DNA of 64,000 nt. Source: Pseudomonadota bacterium. Its GTDB lineage: Bacteria; Pseudomonadota; Alphaproteobacteria; UBA8366. The stretch covers positions 116,287 through 180,286 of the forward strand of contig JAYZET010000008.1 of the NCBI GenBank assembly GCA_036337155.1, given 5' to 3'. Of the stretch, positions 9,389 to 19,248 are shown in pieces. The first letter of the stretch is position 1. Each line of letters begins with the position of its first letter. A model generated the notes under the pieces. That model saw only the letters and a list, made by a program, of their open reading frames with translations. It was not told where the DNA came from and ran no database searches. Made by a program: the position numbers and the translations under genes.

Positions 9389-10132
9389 CTAAATCTCACG
9401 CACCCCCAAATCATTGATTTCGGTCCAACCAAGGGGACCAAAGCTCTCAAGCGGACTAAATCGGGCCTTGTAGTCCATTTTTGGGCTGCCGGCGACCCAG
9501 TAACCGAGATAGACGTGATCGAGTTCAAGACGCTTGGCCTCTTCGATCATCCACAAAATTATATAACTGCCAAGGCTACGACGATGTTCCTTTGGGTCAA
9601 AAAAACTGTAGACGGCGGATAGGCCGCCCGCCAGACGATCCATCAAGCAACCGCCAATCAGACTACCATCGGGGTGGCGAAACTCGACCATTACGGTATC
9701 TACCGGGCTGCTTAGCACCATAGCCGCATAGTCTCGCCGGCTCATTTTCGCCATTTCGCCGTCGCCGTGTCGGTTGTTAGTATAATGTTGGAAAAGCTTA
9801 AACTGTTCTTCGGTGATCTGCGAACCAACATCTGTCGAGATGAGATCAGCATTACGATTTATAATGCGTCTCCAGGCTTTAGTTCGGCGGAAGCGGTCGA
9901 CGGGAATGCGAACAGGTACGCATGCGTTGCAGCCGGTGCAGGCCGGCTTGTATATGATGTGGTGGCTACGCCGGAAACCGCCTTGGCTCAGCTTATCAAA
10001 GACATCTAGCGCATGCGCACCGGATAGTTCGGCGAACAACTGTTGCTCGATGCGTCCTGCGAGGTAAGGACATGGCATTGGACCTGACCGGAAAAAGGTC
10101 ATCACCTGGTGTGGAAGTCGCTGGGTCGTCAT
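9389..10132 (-). CDS. bpt: Aspartate/glutamate leucyltransferase (bacterial arginyltransferase homologue, Bpt)
   Basis: It has ATE N- and C-domain-like sequence: PCPYLAGRIEQQLF, FRRSHHIIYKPACTGCNACVPVRI, SAVYSFFDP, YLGYWV. Confidence 0.8.
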   Translation of the reverse strand: MTTQRLPHQVMTFFRSGPMPCPYLAGRIEQQLFAELSGAHALDVFDKLSQGGFRRSHHIIYKPACTGCNACVPVRIPVDRFRRTKAWRRIINRNADLISTDVGSQITEEQFKLFQHYTNNRHGDGEMAKMSRRDYAAMVLSSPVDTVMVEFRHPDGSLIGGCLMDRLAGGLSAVYSFFDPKEHRRSLGSYIILWMIEEAKRLELDHVYLGYWVAGSPKMDYKARFSPLESFGPLGWTEINDLGVREI

Positions 10133-10283
10133 AACAAGGCAACCCTATCGGTTAAGAGCATATCCCGTCTATACAGAAGCATCGGATAGGCCAGTTTTCT
10201 GTTTACCTCGTCAGGGAGCCGCGAGCCTATGATAATAAGCACTGTGGCCTGAGGTATGATTGCCTACGCTAAAAAACGCGTTG

Positions 10284-10787
10284 TCATTCTGATTTCGTGG
10301 GAGATGGCGCGGCATTAACGATGAAAATTCCGGTCAAGATATCATGCAGGCAGCGTCCACGATTATTGAACAATGCGATGAGTAGGACCAGACCACTGGT
10401 TAAGGTGACTGATAGATAAAACAAAATTGATAGCGCAAAGGCCTGAAAGTAACCCGGCTTCCCCCCTGCTCGGGTGAGTGTCTTCAATCCCATAAGCCGC
10501 ATGCCAATTGTTGCCGACCCTCGTCCACCAATTAGCAGCGTATCATAGAGCATGAAAAGCATGGCAGGCCATAGGAAAGTTAATAGGCCTGAAAGTGCGA
10601 AGAACGTTGCCACATTTAGGATCATTAGAGAGATGAACATTGCTATTAAGATTAACATGTCAAAGAAAAAGGCGGCGGATCGTCGCCATACGATCCGCTT
10701 GAAACATGCATTTGGTAGGGCGACTTCTTGCGTTCCTCGCCTCAGGGTGAAAATGTTGGGGGACTGATCCGGTAGCATCTCCTGCAT
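10284..10787 (-). CDS. RDD family membrane protein
   Basis: It has three or four TM segments with the R...D...D pattern (WRRSAAFFFDMLI ... GRCLHDILTG) and a central G.T.GMRLMGLK motif. Confidence 0.6.
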   Translation of the reverse strand: MQEMLPDQSPNIFTLRRGTQEVALPNACFKRIVWRRSAAFFFDMLILIAMFISLMILNVATFFALSGLLTFLWPAMLFMLYDTLLIGGRGSATIGMRLMGLKTLTRAGGKPGYFQAFALSILFYLSVTLTSGLVLLIALFNNRGRCLHDILTGIFIVNAAPSPTKSE

Positions 10788-10866
10788 ATCGTTGGCCTTT
10801 CTTTTTAATGATCCCGGCTAGGATTCCGAAGAAGCCCGTTTGTGCTAACTCCGGCCACCGCAGCGT

Positions 10867-11790
10867 TTAGAGTACGCGTGGTGGGCGGGGCGGTGCCGCC
10901 TTCTTAACTTTTCGTTTCTCTCGAAGCAGGATGATCGAGATCCTACGATTCTGCGGGTCTGTTGGCTTGTTAGCGTGCAGCGGTGCTTTATCTGCAAGTC
11001 CGGCAACTGATTCTATGCGGTTGCTAGAAACGTTATGAGATAGGAGCTCACGGCGTGCTGAATTGGCTCGGTCGAGCGACAGTTCCCAATTAGTCCGCCC
11101 TTCACCTCCGTTTAACGGTTCAGAATCGGTATGGCCTGAAATAGTGATTTTATTTGGCATCGAGTCGATTATTTTCGCGGTCAAGCGCATCAATTTTTGC
11201 GCTCGGTCAGTCATTTTAGAACTGCCTGTTAGAAATAGAGGTTTGCCTTTCTGATCTATTAATTGGATATGTAACCCTTCGTCTCTGATCTCAACCTTCA
11301 TCGAATCCTTGAGTGCGGTGAGTTGTGGTATGTCGAAAAGCGCCTGCTTAATTGCTCGTTCGGCCTGTTTTAATTCTTTTAGTTCACGTTCTACTTCAGC
11401 CGGTGAAGCATTCTTTGGCTTGTCGTGTTTCTTGACCTGTCGGGTTTGGTTCTTAAGTTCATTACTGACTTGGGCATCTGTGCCAACCCTCATCTCTTGT
11501 GTTGGGCCGGGTTTTTTTTCAATGCCTGGATCAGTCATTGAGATGCCTCCAAACATTCCACCACTGCCGCTAGACCCTTTGGTTTCACCAGTCGGTTCGA
11601 AATAGTTGGAAATTCCTTGTTTTTGATCATCCGAGGTGGCGTTAAGTAGCCAAAGCAGCAAAAAGAACGCCATCATTGCTGTCACGAAGTCCGCGTAAGC
11701 GACTTTCCAAGCGCCGCCATGAGCCGGCGGCGGTGGCGGTGGAATTTTTTTAATAAATATTGGTCGTTCTTCGTTGTCGACGAGCGACAT
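10867..11790 (-). CDS. Flagellar stator protein MotB paralogue 2 (OmpA/MotB domain)
   Basis: The N-terminal plug/TM segment HGGAWKVAYADFVTAMMAFFLLLWLLN carries the conserved channel Asp. The C-terminal OmpA-like domain reads ISGHTDS...NWELSLDRANSARRELL...NRRISIILL. It starts 3 nt after the upstream motB stop. Confidence 0.8.
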   Translation of the reverse strand: MSLVDNEERPIFIKKIPPPPPPAHGGAWKVAYADFVTAMMAFFLLLWLLNATSDDQKQGISNYFEPTGETKGSSGSGGMFGGISMTDPGIEKKPGPTQEMRVGTDAQVSNELKNQTRQVKKHDKPKNASPAEVERELKELKQAERAIKQALFDIPQLTALKDSMKVEIRDEGLHIQLIDQKGKPLFLTGSSKMTDRAQKLMRLTAKIIDSMPNKITISGHTDSEPLNGGEGRTNWELSLDRANSARRELLSHNVSSNRIESVAGLADKAPLHANKPTDPQNRRISIILLREKRKVKKAAPPRPPRVL

Positions 11791-11793
11791 GAT

Positions 11794-12729
11794 TTATCCC
11801 TGCGTTTTCTCGCTAACTATTGAAGCTTGCGTATTTTCTTCGGGAAGCAGCGATTTCTGTTTTTGAAGAACGATGCTTATACGCCGATTTAGAGGAGAAT
11901 TCGGTTTATCTGGATGGAGATGCTCCTTATCTGCCTTGCCGGCGACCTTCGCAATTTTTTCTGATCCGAGCCCATATTCCACCATTACTCGCCTTGCCGT
12001 GTTGGCACGGTCGCCTGAGAGCTCCCAGTTACCATAATTGTTCCGACCTGTGCTCGAACTGTCTGTATGTCCGGTGATAGTGATTTGGTTTGGCAGTTGG
12101 GTGATTACGTTGGCAACAATAGCAAACATTTTGCGGCCGTGATCATTTAAAACCGCTTGACCAGGCAAAAACATGGGAATTTTTTCATAATCTAAAATCT
12201 GAACACGCAGCCCATCAAGTGTGTAATCAATCATTAAACTGTTTTGCATTTCCTTTAGTTCGGAAATTTCCTGCAACGCTTGTCGAATTTCCGCTTCGAC
12301 TTTGCCGAACCCTTCCAACTCAGTTTGCACACGCTTTGCTTCCGCTTCTGCGAGGGCCTCAGCATCTTTTACGTTTTCTTTACTTTTATCGCCGCCGGCC
12401 TTGCTGCCGGTAGTTGCGATTGGCACGGTGACCTGCGGCGGCGAACCGGCTGATTTCAAAGCTCCTTCTGCCATCTGTGTTAAGCCGGCAAGCGCTTGGC
12501 CAGACCCTGCGCTGTTTTCCTCTTCGGAAGTATCGGGCTCGAAGTATGCAGTGATGCCTTGTCCATTCGATTCGGTCACTACGTTGAGGAGCCATAAAAG
12601 CAAAAAAAATGCCATCATAGCCGTGACAAAGTCAGCGTAAGCAACCTTCCAAGCACCGCCATGTGGGGGATGATTGGCTTTAATCTTTCGCTTAATTACT
12701 AAAGGTTCTGGTGCGTTATTTTTTGGCAT
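11794..12729 (-). CDS. motB: Flagellar stator protein MotB
   Basis: It has the same 27-aa TM/plug segment as the downstream paralogue. Its OmpA-like domain reads ITGHTDS...NWELSGDRANTARRVMV...NRRISIVL. It lies 18 nt downstream of motA. Confidence 0.82.
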   Translation of the reverse strand: MPKNNAPEPLVIKRKIKANHPPHGGAWKVAYADFVTAMMAFFLLLWLLNVVTESNGQGITAYFEPDTSEEENSAGSGQALAGLTQMAEGALKSAGSPPQVTVPIATTGSKAGGDKSKENVKDAEALAEAEAKRVQTELEGFGKVEAEIRQALQEISELKEMQNSLMIDYTLDGLRVQILDYEKIPMFLPGQAVLNDHGRKMFAIVANVITQLPNQITITGHTDSSSTGRNNYGNWELSGDRANTARRVMVEYGLGSEKIAKVAGKADKEHLHPDKPNSPLNRRISIVLQKQKSLLPEENTQASIVSEKTQG

Positions 12730-12747
12730 AGTTTAAAGCAAATTAGA

Positions 12748-13617
12748 TTATGCAACGGGGCTAAGGGCGCCCGTGGCTTCTTCAAGCTCACTAAAGGTTG
12801 GGCGTACATTTTCGCCAAGCGTTTTTCGGGCGAATTCGACAGAAACTGCGGGTGCATAACCCTGTAAATGAGCAATTATTCCTGCTTTTAAGCAATTGAG
12901 GTAGCTATTATCTTGCTCAAAGTTACCTTTAATAGCAGCAGCCATTGGCCCGACAAATCCATAGCATAATAGTATACCCAGGAACGTCCCAACTAATGCT
13001 GCGCCAATCAGATGACCGAGTACTTCGGGAGGCTCTGTGATTGAGCCCATGGTATGAATGACGCCAAGCACTGCGGCCACGATGCCCAAGCCAGGAAAAC
13101 TCTCGGCCATTGTATTTACAGCATGTGAAATCTCCTCGGTATGATGATGATGGACGTCTAACTCTTGGTCTATAATCGTTTCAACTTCGAGAGGGTTGTC
13201 TGTGCCAAGGGTCATTAGCCGCAGGTAATCACAAAAAAATTCAACGGCGTGATGGTCGGCGGCAAAGTGCGGAAACTGTTCAAAAAGTGCACTAGACTCT
13301 GGTTCATCGATATGTGCCTCAAGCGCTAACATCCCTTTAGACTTAGCTAGTCGAAATACTTGGTATTGTAATGTTAGCAACTCGAGGTAATGCTCTGGCT
13401 TGTATTTTGGACCTTTCAAAAGTCCGATAAGTCCAGTGATTGCGCCGGAAATTGTTTCTTTAGTATTTGCTGCAATGAAGGCGCCTAATCCGGATCCACC
13501 TATTATAACCAACTCTGCCGGCTGGAATAGCACAGCCAAATGGCCGCCAACCATAAGGTAACCGCCAATTATTGAACCTATAACGACCAAGAGCCCTATA
13601 ATTACGAACATCACCAA
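12748..13617 (-). CDS. motA: Flagellar stator protein MotA
   Basis: At 289 aa it has four-TM MotA/TolQ/ExbB topology, with the conserved C-terminal TM pair (FPGLGIVAAVLGVIHTM ... GAALVGTFLGILLCYGF). Confidence 0.85.
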   Translation of the reverse strand: MVMFVIIGLLVVIGSIIGGYLMVGGHLAVLFQPAELVIIGGSGLGAFIAANTKETISGAITGLIGLLKGPKYKPEHYLELLTLQYQVFRLAKSKGMLALEAHIDEPESSALFEQFPHFAADHHAVEFFCDYLRLMTLGTDNPLEVETIIDQELDVHHHHTEEISHAVNTMAESFPGLGIVAAVLGVIHTMGSITEPPEVLGHLIGAALVGTFLGILLCYGFVGPMAAAIKGNFEQDNSYLNCLKAGIIAHLQGYAPAVSVEFARKTLGENVRPTFSELEEATGALSPVA

Positions 13618-13758
13618 GATCCAAGTTTTACAATCCGGAGACTATTATTTTTCTATCTGATGTCCAAGTGCCGACGTGATCACGCTTTATAGATTGCAAA
13701 GCTAGCCAATACCTCCATCAGTAGTTTATTCCAAATCGTTAATTGATACACAAAACCT

Positions 13759-14495
13759 TCAATCACCTGGTTTGTTTGCTGTGTCTTCCAGTCGGCGGTT
13801 TTTGAAGCCCGCCGTTGTTAATCGGTTTATGATCTCGTGAATATGCTCGGAACTCCGTGTTTCCAATACAATATCCACTTCTCTCTGTTTTAGAGGCACG
13901 TCGTAAAACAGACGCTGATGATAAATTTCGACGATATTGCCTCCCAACTCTCCTATCTGCTGAGATACCTTGTTTAGGATGCCCGGTTGATCCGAATTTT
14001 TGAGATGGGGTCGCGCCATCGTGCCAAGGCGGAACATTCCACGCAATTAAATTGAAGCCAATAATCTCGCATCGATATTGGCGCCGCATGCGGCAAGGCC
14101 TGTTTTTTTTGGCGAATTGCCTTGGTTGCTGAATTATTGCGGCGAGTGCCGCCCCGCCTCCGCCTTCAACTATTATTTTACCAGTTTCGGTCATGGTTAG
14201 CACGGCGGATTCGAGCGTTAGTTCGTCGGTTAGAACAATATCAAAGACGATACGTGCAACAATCTCTTTCGTAATGATGCCTGGCGTTTTGACGGCGATG
14301 CCCTAGGCAATTGTATTGCCGCCGGATGTAGGTGGGAGGACCTGTATAGCCTCGTACATCGATCGCTAACACCGCGCCTCTAAACCGATAAATTCAATGT
14401 TTGGTTTAATTGCTTTTTCCAAAAGACCGGAGAGGGGACCCGATCGTATCATTGGTGTTCGTACGACTTCTCTTGCAATGAGTTCAGTAGCGGTC
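13759..14495 (-). pseudogene. Decayed threonine ammonia-lyase (IlvA/TdcB family) remnant
   Basis: Minus-strand fragments are homologous to PLP threonine dehydratase: IAREVVRTPMIRSGPLSGLL; GGNTIA*GIAVKTPG...IVEGGGGAALAAI; CGANIDARLLASI*LRGM; and a C-terminal ACT-like domain. The lesions are several. There is no start codon. The PLP-Lys region is deleted. In-frame TAG (14303-14305) and TAA (14047-14049) stops are present. There is a frameshift at a T8/A8 homopolymer (14103-14110). Confidence 0.72.
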
Positions 14496-14537
14496 TAGAT
14501 GCTTTGTGCAGTGACTTTCATGCAGTTTCTGGTTCCT

Positions 14538-16898
14538 TCAATTTCCGGCTGGCTTCAGCCAAAGCCGCTCGCCTCCCCGATTTTTTAATTCTGCGCGTGA
14601 TCCCGTTATTCGTAAGTAGCGTCCGTCCCGCCAGGCAGTTAATTGATCCATGTAATGAGGGGAGAAGGGATTTCCGGATTGGCCAGTCGCGAGGCTGAAT
14701 CGGCTGTTCCGCGGATCGTTTAAGTCGTAGACCGCTCGATAACCTGGGCCGTGGCTGTGCCGATATGGCATTTTGCCACGGCCCCGAGTTTGGCCGCGAT
14801 TAATTGTCTGGTCGCCACCATTCGTCGCAATGCGACCTTCCGCCCAACCGGCTAACACTGGAATATGACGCAAAATCTGATTCTCGAATACAGCGACGTG
14901 TGCATCGCCCCATCGCCAGGCGGTCGGCTCGTCGCCATACTTCCGGCCAAGTTCGTCGACCGCAAGTGCGAGGGCCAATTGGACGCGCTCGACACAGTCT
15001 TCCTTCAGTTCTGTCGTTATATCGTCGCACCAGGCCGCATCTTCGCTGAGAACCCGCCATATTAGATAGGGACGGGCGCGACTAAAGCTAGTGTAGGCGT
15101 CGCCAAGATCATCTGACAAAAGGGTTTTCATAAGGTGTCGGATCCAGGCTGCGTAAATCAGTGGCTCTGGTCGATCACGATCCATCTTATAGTCCCAACC
15201 ACGAATTAGGTTGAGCGCTTTCTCGGAGAGGGCGCCTACCGGCTTGATCCTTATCATTAGGGGTATCAATAGTCGCGCTGCTTCCGATAGATCGTCCATT
15301 TGTAGACGGGTTTGGCCATCGATATCGCGTGGTGGTGCGTTGAGAAAGGCTTCATGGATTCGTGTGACGCGGTGTGATTCGGGCCAGTACCAGGCGTAAG
15401 AGATCCCTCGCTTATCAGTGAGGCGATTGTTGGCGTTCGCGATCAGACCGCTCGTTGGATTCCAGGATTGGGGCCATTGCGATGGATCAATATAGCCTCT
15501 CCAGGCACCGCGACCGTGGTCACCTCTCGACGGCAGGTGACCAGCTCCATGTTTTCGGATTGGCATCCGTCCGCTAGCGGAGTAACCGATATTTCCATGT
15601 CGATCTGCAACGAACAGATTTTGCATCGGTGTGCCGAACCCGCTTATAGCCTCCCTGAACTCTGAGAGGTTTCGCGCCTGGTTGATGTTGTAGAGTGCAG
15701 TAACAGTATAATCATCTGGATTGAGGGCAGTCGCCGCAAGGGCGATGGCCCTGCCTTCGCCGCCTAGAGTGCTTAACCTCGGAATGATGTCGGACAAGAT
15801 TGGGCCGTGTCGGCTCTCGCGGACGGCAATGCGCACCGGTTCCTCGCCATCAATGAAGATGGTCTCTGTTCTAGTTCGAAACCGCTTGGGGCCTTCCGGG
15901 GTTATGTAACTTCTCGGATCGACAGCCAAAACTTCAATGAAAATATCAGATGTGTCTCCCCCCGTGGTCGTCATTCCCCAGGCGATGTCACCATTTTGGC
16001 CGAGAATTAAGAGAGGAACTCCAGGAACAGTTGCACCGGTCCAGGTGCGTTCGCCGACAGAAATTCGAGCTAAATACCAGAGCCCGGGAGCCGAAAAGCC
16101 GAGGTGGGGATCGTTCGCCAGGATTGGTTTTCCCGTCGTGGTGTGTGAGCCATCGATGACCCATGCGTTTGAAGCGCTGTCCGATACTAACAGTTCAGGA
16201 AGAGCCGTTGATAGCGCATCTATCACCTTTTTGTCTGCTTTGCTGATCTTGTCGAGTTTGTCCAGAGCTACCAGAGGAAAGAGGCGTCGTAATCGGTCAG
16301 CTCCCACTTTCTCGACGAGTTTCGCCCGCATGAGATCACCGCGCCAACTGACAGATAGCTGGAAAGCCATAATTTTGGCCCAAACGAGCGAATCCGCGGG
16401 TCTCCATGGTTCGGGGGAAAAATTTAGCAGGACATACTCTATGGGCCACGCACCCCAATGGGTGCTTAAGAACGCATTAACGCCTGACGCATAGGCACTT
16501 AACAACTTGTTGGGCACATCGGAAAGCCTCTCCGCTTGACGTTCCGAGAGTCGATAGAGGCCAAGAGTTCGCAGGAACTTGTCTGAATCGAGTGTTTCCC
16601 GGCCGATTACCTCTGATAGGCGACCCGCGCCGATGCGTCTCATAAATTCCATTTGCCAAAGGCGATCCTGTGCATGCGCATAACCAAGGGCGAAAGCCGC
16701 GTCGTTTTTCGTTTCAGCAAAGATGTGTGGAACACCGTTTTCATCCCGGATAATCTCGACATCTGCCTCCAATCCTTCGACGATAGTAGTACCTGTCGTT
16801 TTTGGCAGCGACGTTTGCAGCCAAAGATATCCGGATAAGGTAGTAGCGATCAGCAGGCAGATAAAAATTAGCGTGCCGTTACGTAAAATGGATTTCAT
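14538..16898 (-). CDS. Penicillin acylase family Ntn-hydrolase (possible acyl-homoserine-lactone acylase)
   Basis: It is 786 aa with an N-terminal signal/anchor. The alpha-subunit motif is GYAHAQDRLWQM. The autoprocessing site and nucleophile are at ...SDSA|SNAWVIDGSHTTTGKPILANDPHL. Confidence 0.85.
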   Translation of the reverse strand: MKSILRNGTLIFICLLIATTLSGYLWLQTSLPKTTGTTIVEGLEADVEIIRDENGVPHIFAETKNDAAFALGYAHAQDRLWQMEFMRRIGAGRLSEVIGRETLDSDKFLRTLGLYRLSERQAERLSDVPNKLLSAYASGVNAFLSTHWGAWPIEYVLLNFSPEPWRPADSLVWAKIMAFQLSVSWRGDLMRAKLVEKVGADRLRRLFPLVALDKLDKISKADKKVIDALSTALPELLVSDSASNAWVIDGSHTTTGKPILANDPHLGFSAPGLWYLARISVGERTWTGATVPGVPLLILGQNGDIAWGMTTTGGDTSDIFIEVLAVDPRSYITPEGPKRFRTRTETIFIDGEEPVRIAVRESRHGPILSDIIPRLSTLGGEGRAIALAATALNPDDYTVTALYNINQARNLSEFREAISGFGTPMQNLFVADRHGNIGYSASGRMPIRKHGAGHLPSRGDHGRGAWRGYIDPSQWPQSWNPTSGLIANANNRLTDKRGISYAWYWPESHRVTRIHEAFLNAPPRDIDGQTRLQMDDLSEAARLLIPLMIRIKPVGALSEKALNLIRGWDYKMDRDRPEPLIYAAWIRHLMKTLLSDDLGDAYTSFSRARPYLIWRVLSEDAAWCDDITTELKEDCVERVQLALALAVDELGRKYGDEPTAWRWGDAHVAVFENQILRHIPVLAGWAEGRIATNGGDQTINRGQTRGRGKMPYRHSHGPGYRAVYDLNDPRNSRFSLATGQSGNPFSPHYMDQLTAWRDGRYLRITGSRAELKNRGGERLWLKPAGN

Positions 16899-17024
16899 AA
16901 CTGCAGAACTTACGAAGCATCGGGCTCGACCGAAAGGGCAAGAATTTTCGTGGGTCTTGCAGGACCGGCTCCTGACTCACTACAAACCATAAGTGCGTGA
17001 CTGTTATTTCTTTTGGAGGGTTCC

Positions 17025-18338
17025 ATGATCACTTACTTAAAAAAAGGCAAGAGTGATGCGGCTGTTGCCGAAGCGGATGCTAAGGTACAAGGAATCGTCG
17101 AAGAAATTTTAGCGGATATTGAAAAGCGGGGAGATATTGCCGTTCGTGAGCTATCGGAAAAGTTCGATGGTTATGCGCCAGAACGCTTTCAACTTAGTGA
17201 TGATGCAATCCGCGCTGCAATGTCAAAAGTACCTCAGACTAATATCGAAGATATCGAATTTGCGCAGGCGCAAATCCGCTATTTTGCAGAGAAACAAAAA
17301 GAATGTCTGAAGGATCTTGAAGTCGAAACTATGCCGGGTGTGGTTCTTGGCCATCGGAACATTGCGGTAAATTCGGTCGGCTGTTATGTGCCAGGTGGAA
17401 AGTATCCGATGGTCGCCTCTGCCCATATGAGCGTGCTGACCGCCTCAGTCGCGGGTGTGAAGCGGATACTAGCTTCCGCACCGCCGCAGGAGGGCCAGCC
17501 TCATCCGGCGATCGTAGCTGCAATGCACATGGGTGGGGCAGATGAAATACTCGTGCTTGGCGGCGTGCAAGCAATAGGCGCAATGGCACTTGGAACAGAA
17601 TCTATTGCTGCTGTCGATATGCTGGTGGGACCCGGTAATATGTTCGTTGCCGAGGCGAAGCGTCAGCTTTTCGGTCGAGTTGGGATCGATCTCTTTGCTG
17701 GACCAACAGAAACTCTGGTCATTGCCGACGATAGTGTCGATGGGGAACTTTGTGCTGTTGACCTATTAGGGCAGGCGGAACATGGGCCAACGTCGCCGGC
17801 GGCGCTACTCACCAATTCCCGCAAACTTGCTGAGGAAACGATGGCCGAGATTGAAGACCAGTTAAATGTCTTGCCGACAGCCGATATCGCACGCGAATCT
17901 TGGAAAGAATATGGCTCGGTGATTGTCTGCGAGACGGTCGACGAGATGCTCGAGGAAGCTGATCGTCTTGCCTATGAACACGTACAGGTAATGACTGAGG
18001 AACCAGATTACTTCGCCAAAAATATGACCAATTACGGCGCTCTTTTCCTCGGTCCTCGGACCAATGTGTCTTATGGTGACAAGACTATCGGCACAAACCA
18101 CACGCTGCCTACGAAGCGGGCTGCGCGGTACACGGGCGGTCTATGGGTTGGTAAATTCATGAAGACCTGCACCTATCAGAAGGTGTTGACTGACGAGGCC
18201 TCTGTTAGGGTCGGTGAGTATTGCTCACGGCTATGCGCGCTGGAGGGCTTTGCAGGGCATGGTGAGCAAGCAAACATCCGCGTTAGGCGTTATGGCGGCC
18301 GCAACGTCGAGCCATACGGTGTAGTTGAGAAACGTTAA
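17025..18338 (+). CDS. Histidinol dehydrogenase family oxidoreductase (HisD paralogue, substrate unknown)
   Basis: HisD family motifs are present: [75 protein letters not shown] precedes ATG 17025. The context is not a his operon. Confidence 0.78.
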   Translation: MITYLKKGKSDAAVAEADAKVQGIVEEILADIEKRGDIAVRELSEKFDGYAPERFQLSDDAIRAAMSKVPQTNIEDIEFAQAQIRYFAEKQKECLKDLEVETMPGVVLGHRNIAVNSVGCYVPGGKYPMVASAHMSVLTASVAGVKRILASAPPQEGQPHPAIVAAMHMGGADEILVLGGVQAIGAMALGTESIAAVDMLVGPGNMFVAEAKRQLFGRVGIDLFAGPTETLVIADDSVDGELCAVDLLGQAEHGPTSPAALLTNSRKLAEETMAEIEDQLNVLPTADIARESWKEYGSVIVCETVDEMLEEADRLAYEHVQVMTEEPDYFAKNMTNYGALFLGPRTNVSYGDKTIGTNHTLPTKRAARYTGGLWVGKFMKTCTYQKVLTDEASVRVGEYCSRLCALEGFAGHGEQANIRVRRYGGRNVEPYGVVEKR

Positions 18339-18341
18339 TTG

Positions 18342-19175
18342 ATGTCAAGGGACATACAAATTAAGCCAATCTCAGGAGCGTGTGGCGCTGAGATTTTTGG
18401 TGTTGATTTAGCGAAACCTCTCGGAAAAGAAGCTTTTGCGATTGTGCATCAAGCGTTATTGGATCATCTAGTCATCTTCTTTCGGGAGCAAAAGATTACG
18501 GCCGAACAACAAATTTCCTTCAGCCGCCGCTTCGGGGACCTGCGTATTAGCGACCAATATGAGGCGCTGGAAGGATATCCCGAAATTATTGAAGTCGTAA
18601 AAGAGCCGGACAGTACTGGTATTGTTGGCAATCTTTGGCATAGCGACGAGAGTTTTTTGCCGCGGCCGGCCCTGGGTTCGCTTCTTTACATGATCGAATG
18701 CCCTAATTTCGGCGGCGATACAATGTTCGCAAACCAATATCTTTCTTTCGAGGCACTTTCAGGTGGCATGAAAAAAATGTTGTCAAGACTACGCGCGGTA
18801 TACTCGGATGCCAGCCTTGGCGATCGTAACAAAGGCCGGGCCCTCAAGATGAAGGCTGGCTACGAAAACCGAAAAATTTACGAATCTGTCCATCCTGTCG
18901 TGCGCACTCATCCCGAGACCGGACGGAAATCCCTTTTCGTACACAAGCCCTATACGGTCCGTTTTGAGCACATGACGGAAGAGGAGAGCGAGCCGCTACT
19001 CAGGTTCCTATACGACCATTCGGCTCGGCCTGAGTTTACTGCTCGGTTCCGGTGGCGGGAAGGATCGCTCGCTATTTGGGACAACCGTTGTCTGCTGCAC
19101 TATGCCCTGAATGATTACTCGGGTGTTAGACGATACGCTCACCGAGTGACAATCGTGGGAGATGCGCCGAATTAG
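18342..19175 (+). CDS. TauD/TfdA family Fe(II)/2-oxoglutarate dioxygenase
   Basis: It has the facial triad pattern WHSDESF ... H in RRYAHRVT, and an N-terminal IKPISGACGAEIFGVDL typical of TauD. It begins immediately after the hisD-like stop. Confidence 0.8.
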   Translation: MSRDIQIKPISGACGAEIFGVDLAKPLGKEAFAIVHQALLDHLVIFFREQKITAEQQISFSRRFGDLRISDQYEALEGYPEIIEVVKEPDSTGIVGNLWHSDESFLPRPALGSLLYMIECPNFGGDTMFANQYLSFEALSGGMKKMLSRLRAVYSDASLGDRNKGRALKMKAGYENRKIYESVHPVVRTHPETGRKSLFVHKPYTVRFEHMTEEESEPLLRFLYDHSARPEFTARFRWREGSLAIWDNRCLLHYALNDYSGVRRYAHRVTIVGDAPN

Positions 19176-19248
19176 CGGGGGTGTCGGCGCATCCTAGATG
19201 AGATATAGCGCCAGTGTATTTATACCCAAGGAATAAGGGGGAAAAGAT

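Noticed and set aside
11512-11519. 8-nt homopolymers inside both motB genes (T8 at 11512-11519 and A8 at 12602-12609) as phase-variation switches.
   Set aside because: Eight-base tracts are at the low end for slipped-strand switching. Each encodes ordinary Lys-Lys or Phe-Phe codons. There is no evidence of length heterogeneity from a single sequence.
10867-13617. Whether MotA/MotB-like genes form a Zorya-type anti-phage system.
   Set aside because: MotA is a canonical 289-aa four-TM stator protein, whereas ZorA is much larger with a long tail. Both MotBs have standard OmpA-like peptidoglycan-binding domains. No ZorC/D-like helicase or nuclease genes are adjacent.
13660-13692. A possible sigma-54 (GGCAC-N5-..) or sigma-28 (TAAAG-N15-..) promoter upstream of motA, read on the minus strand as CTATAAAGCGTGATCACGTCGGCACTTGGACATCA.
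   Set aside because: The -12 element reads CATCA rather than TTGCA, so the GC dinucleotide is missing. The downstream half of a sigma-28 site (GCCGATAA) is also absent. The match is too weak to call.
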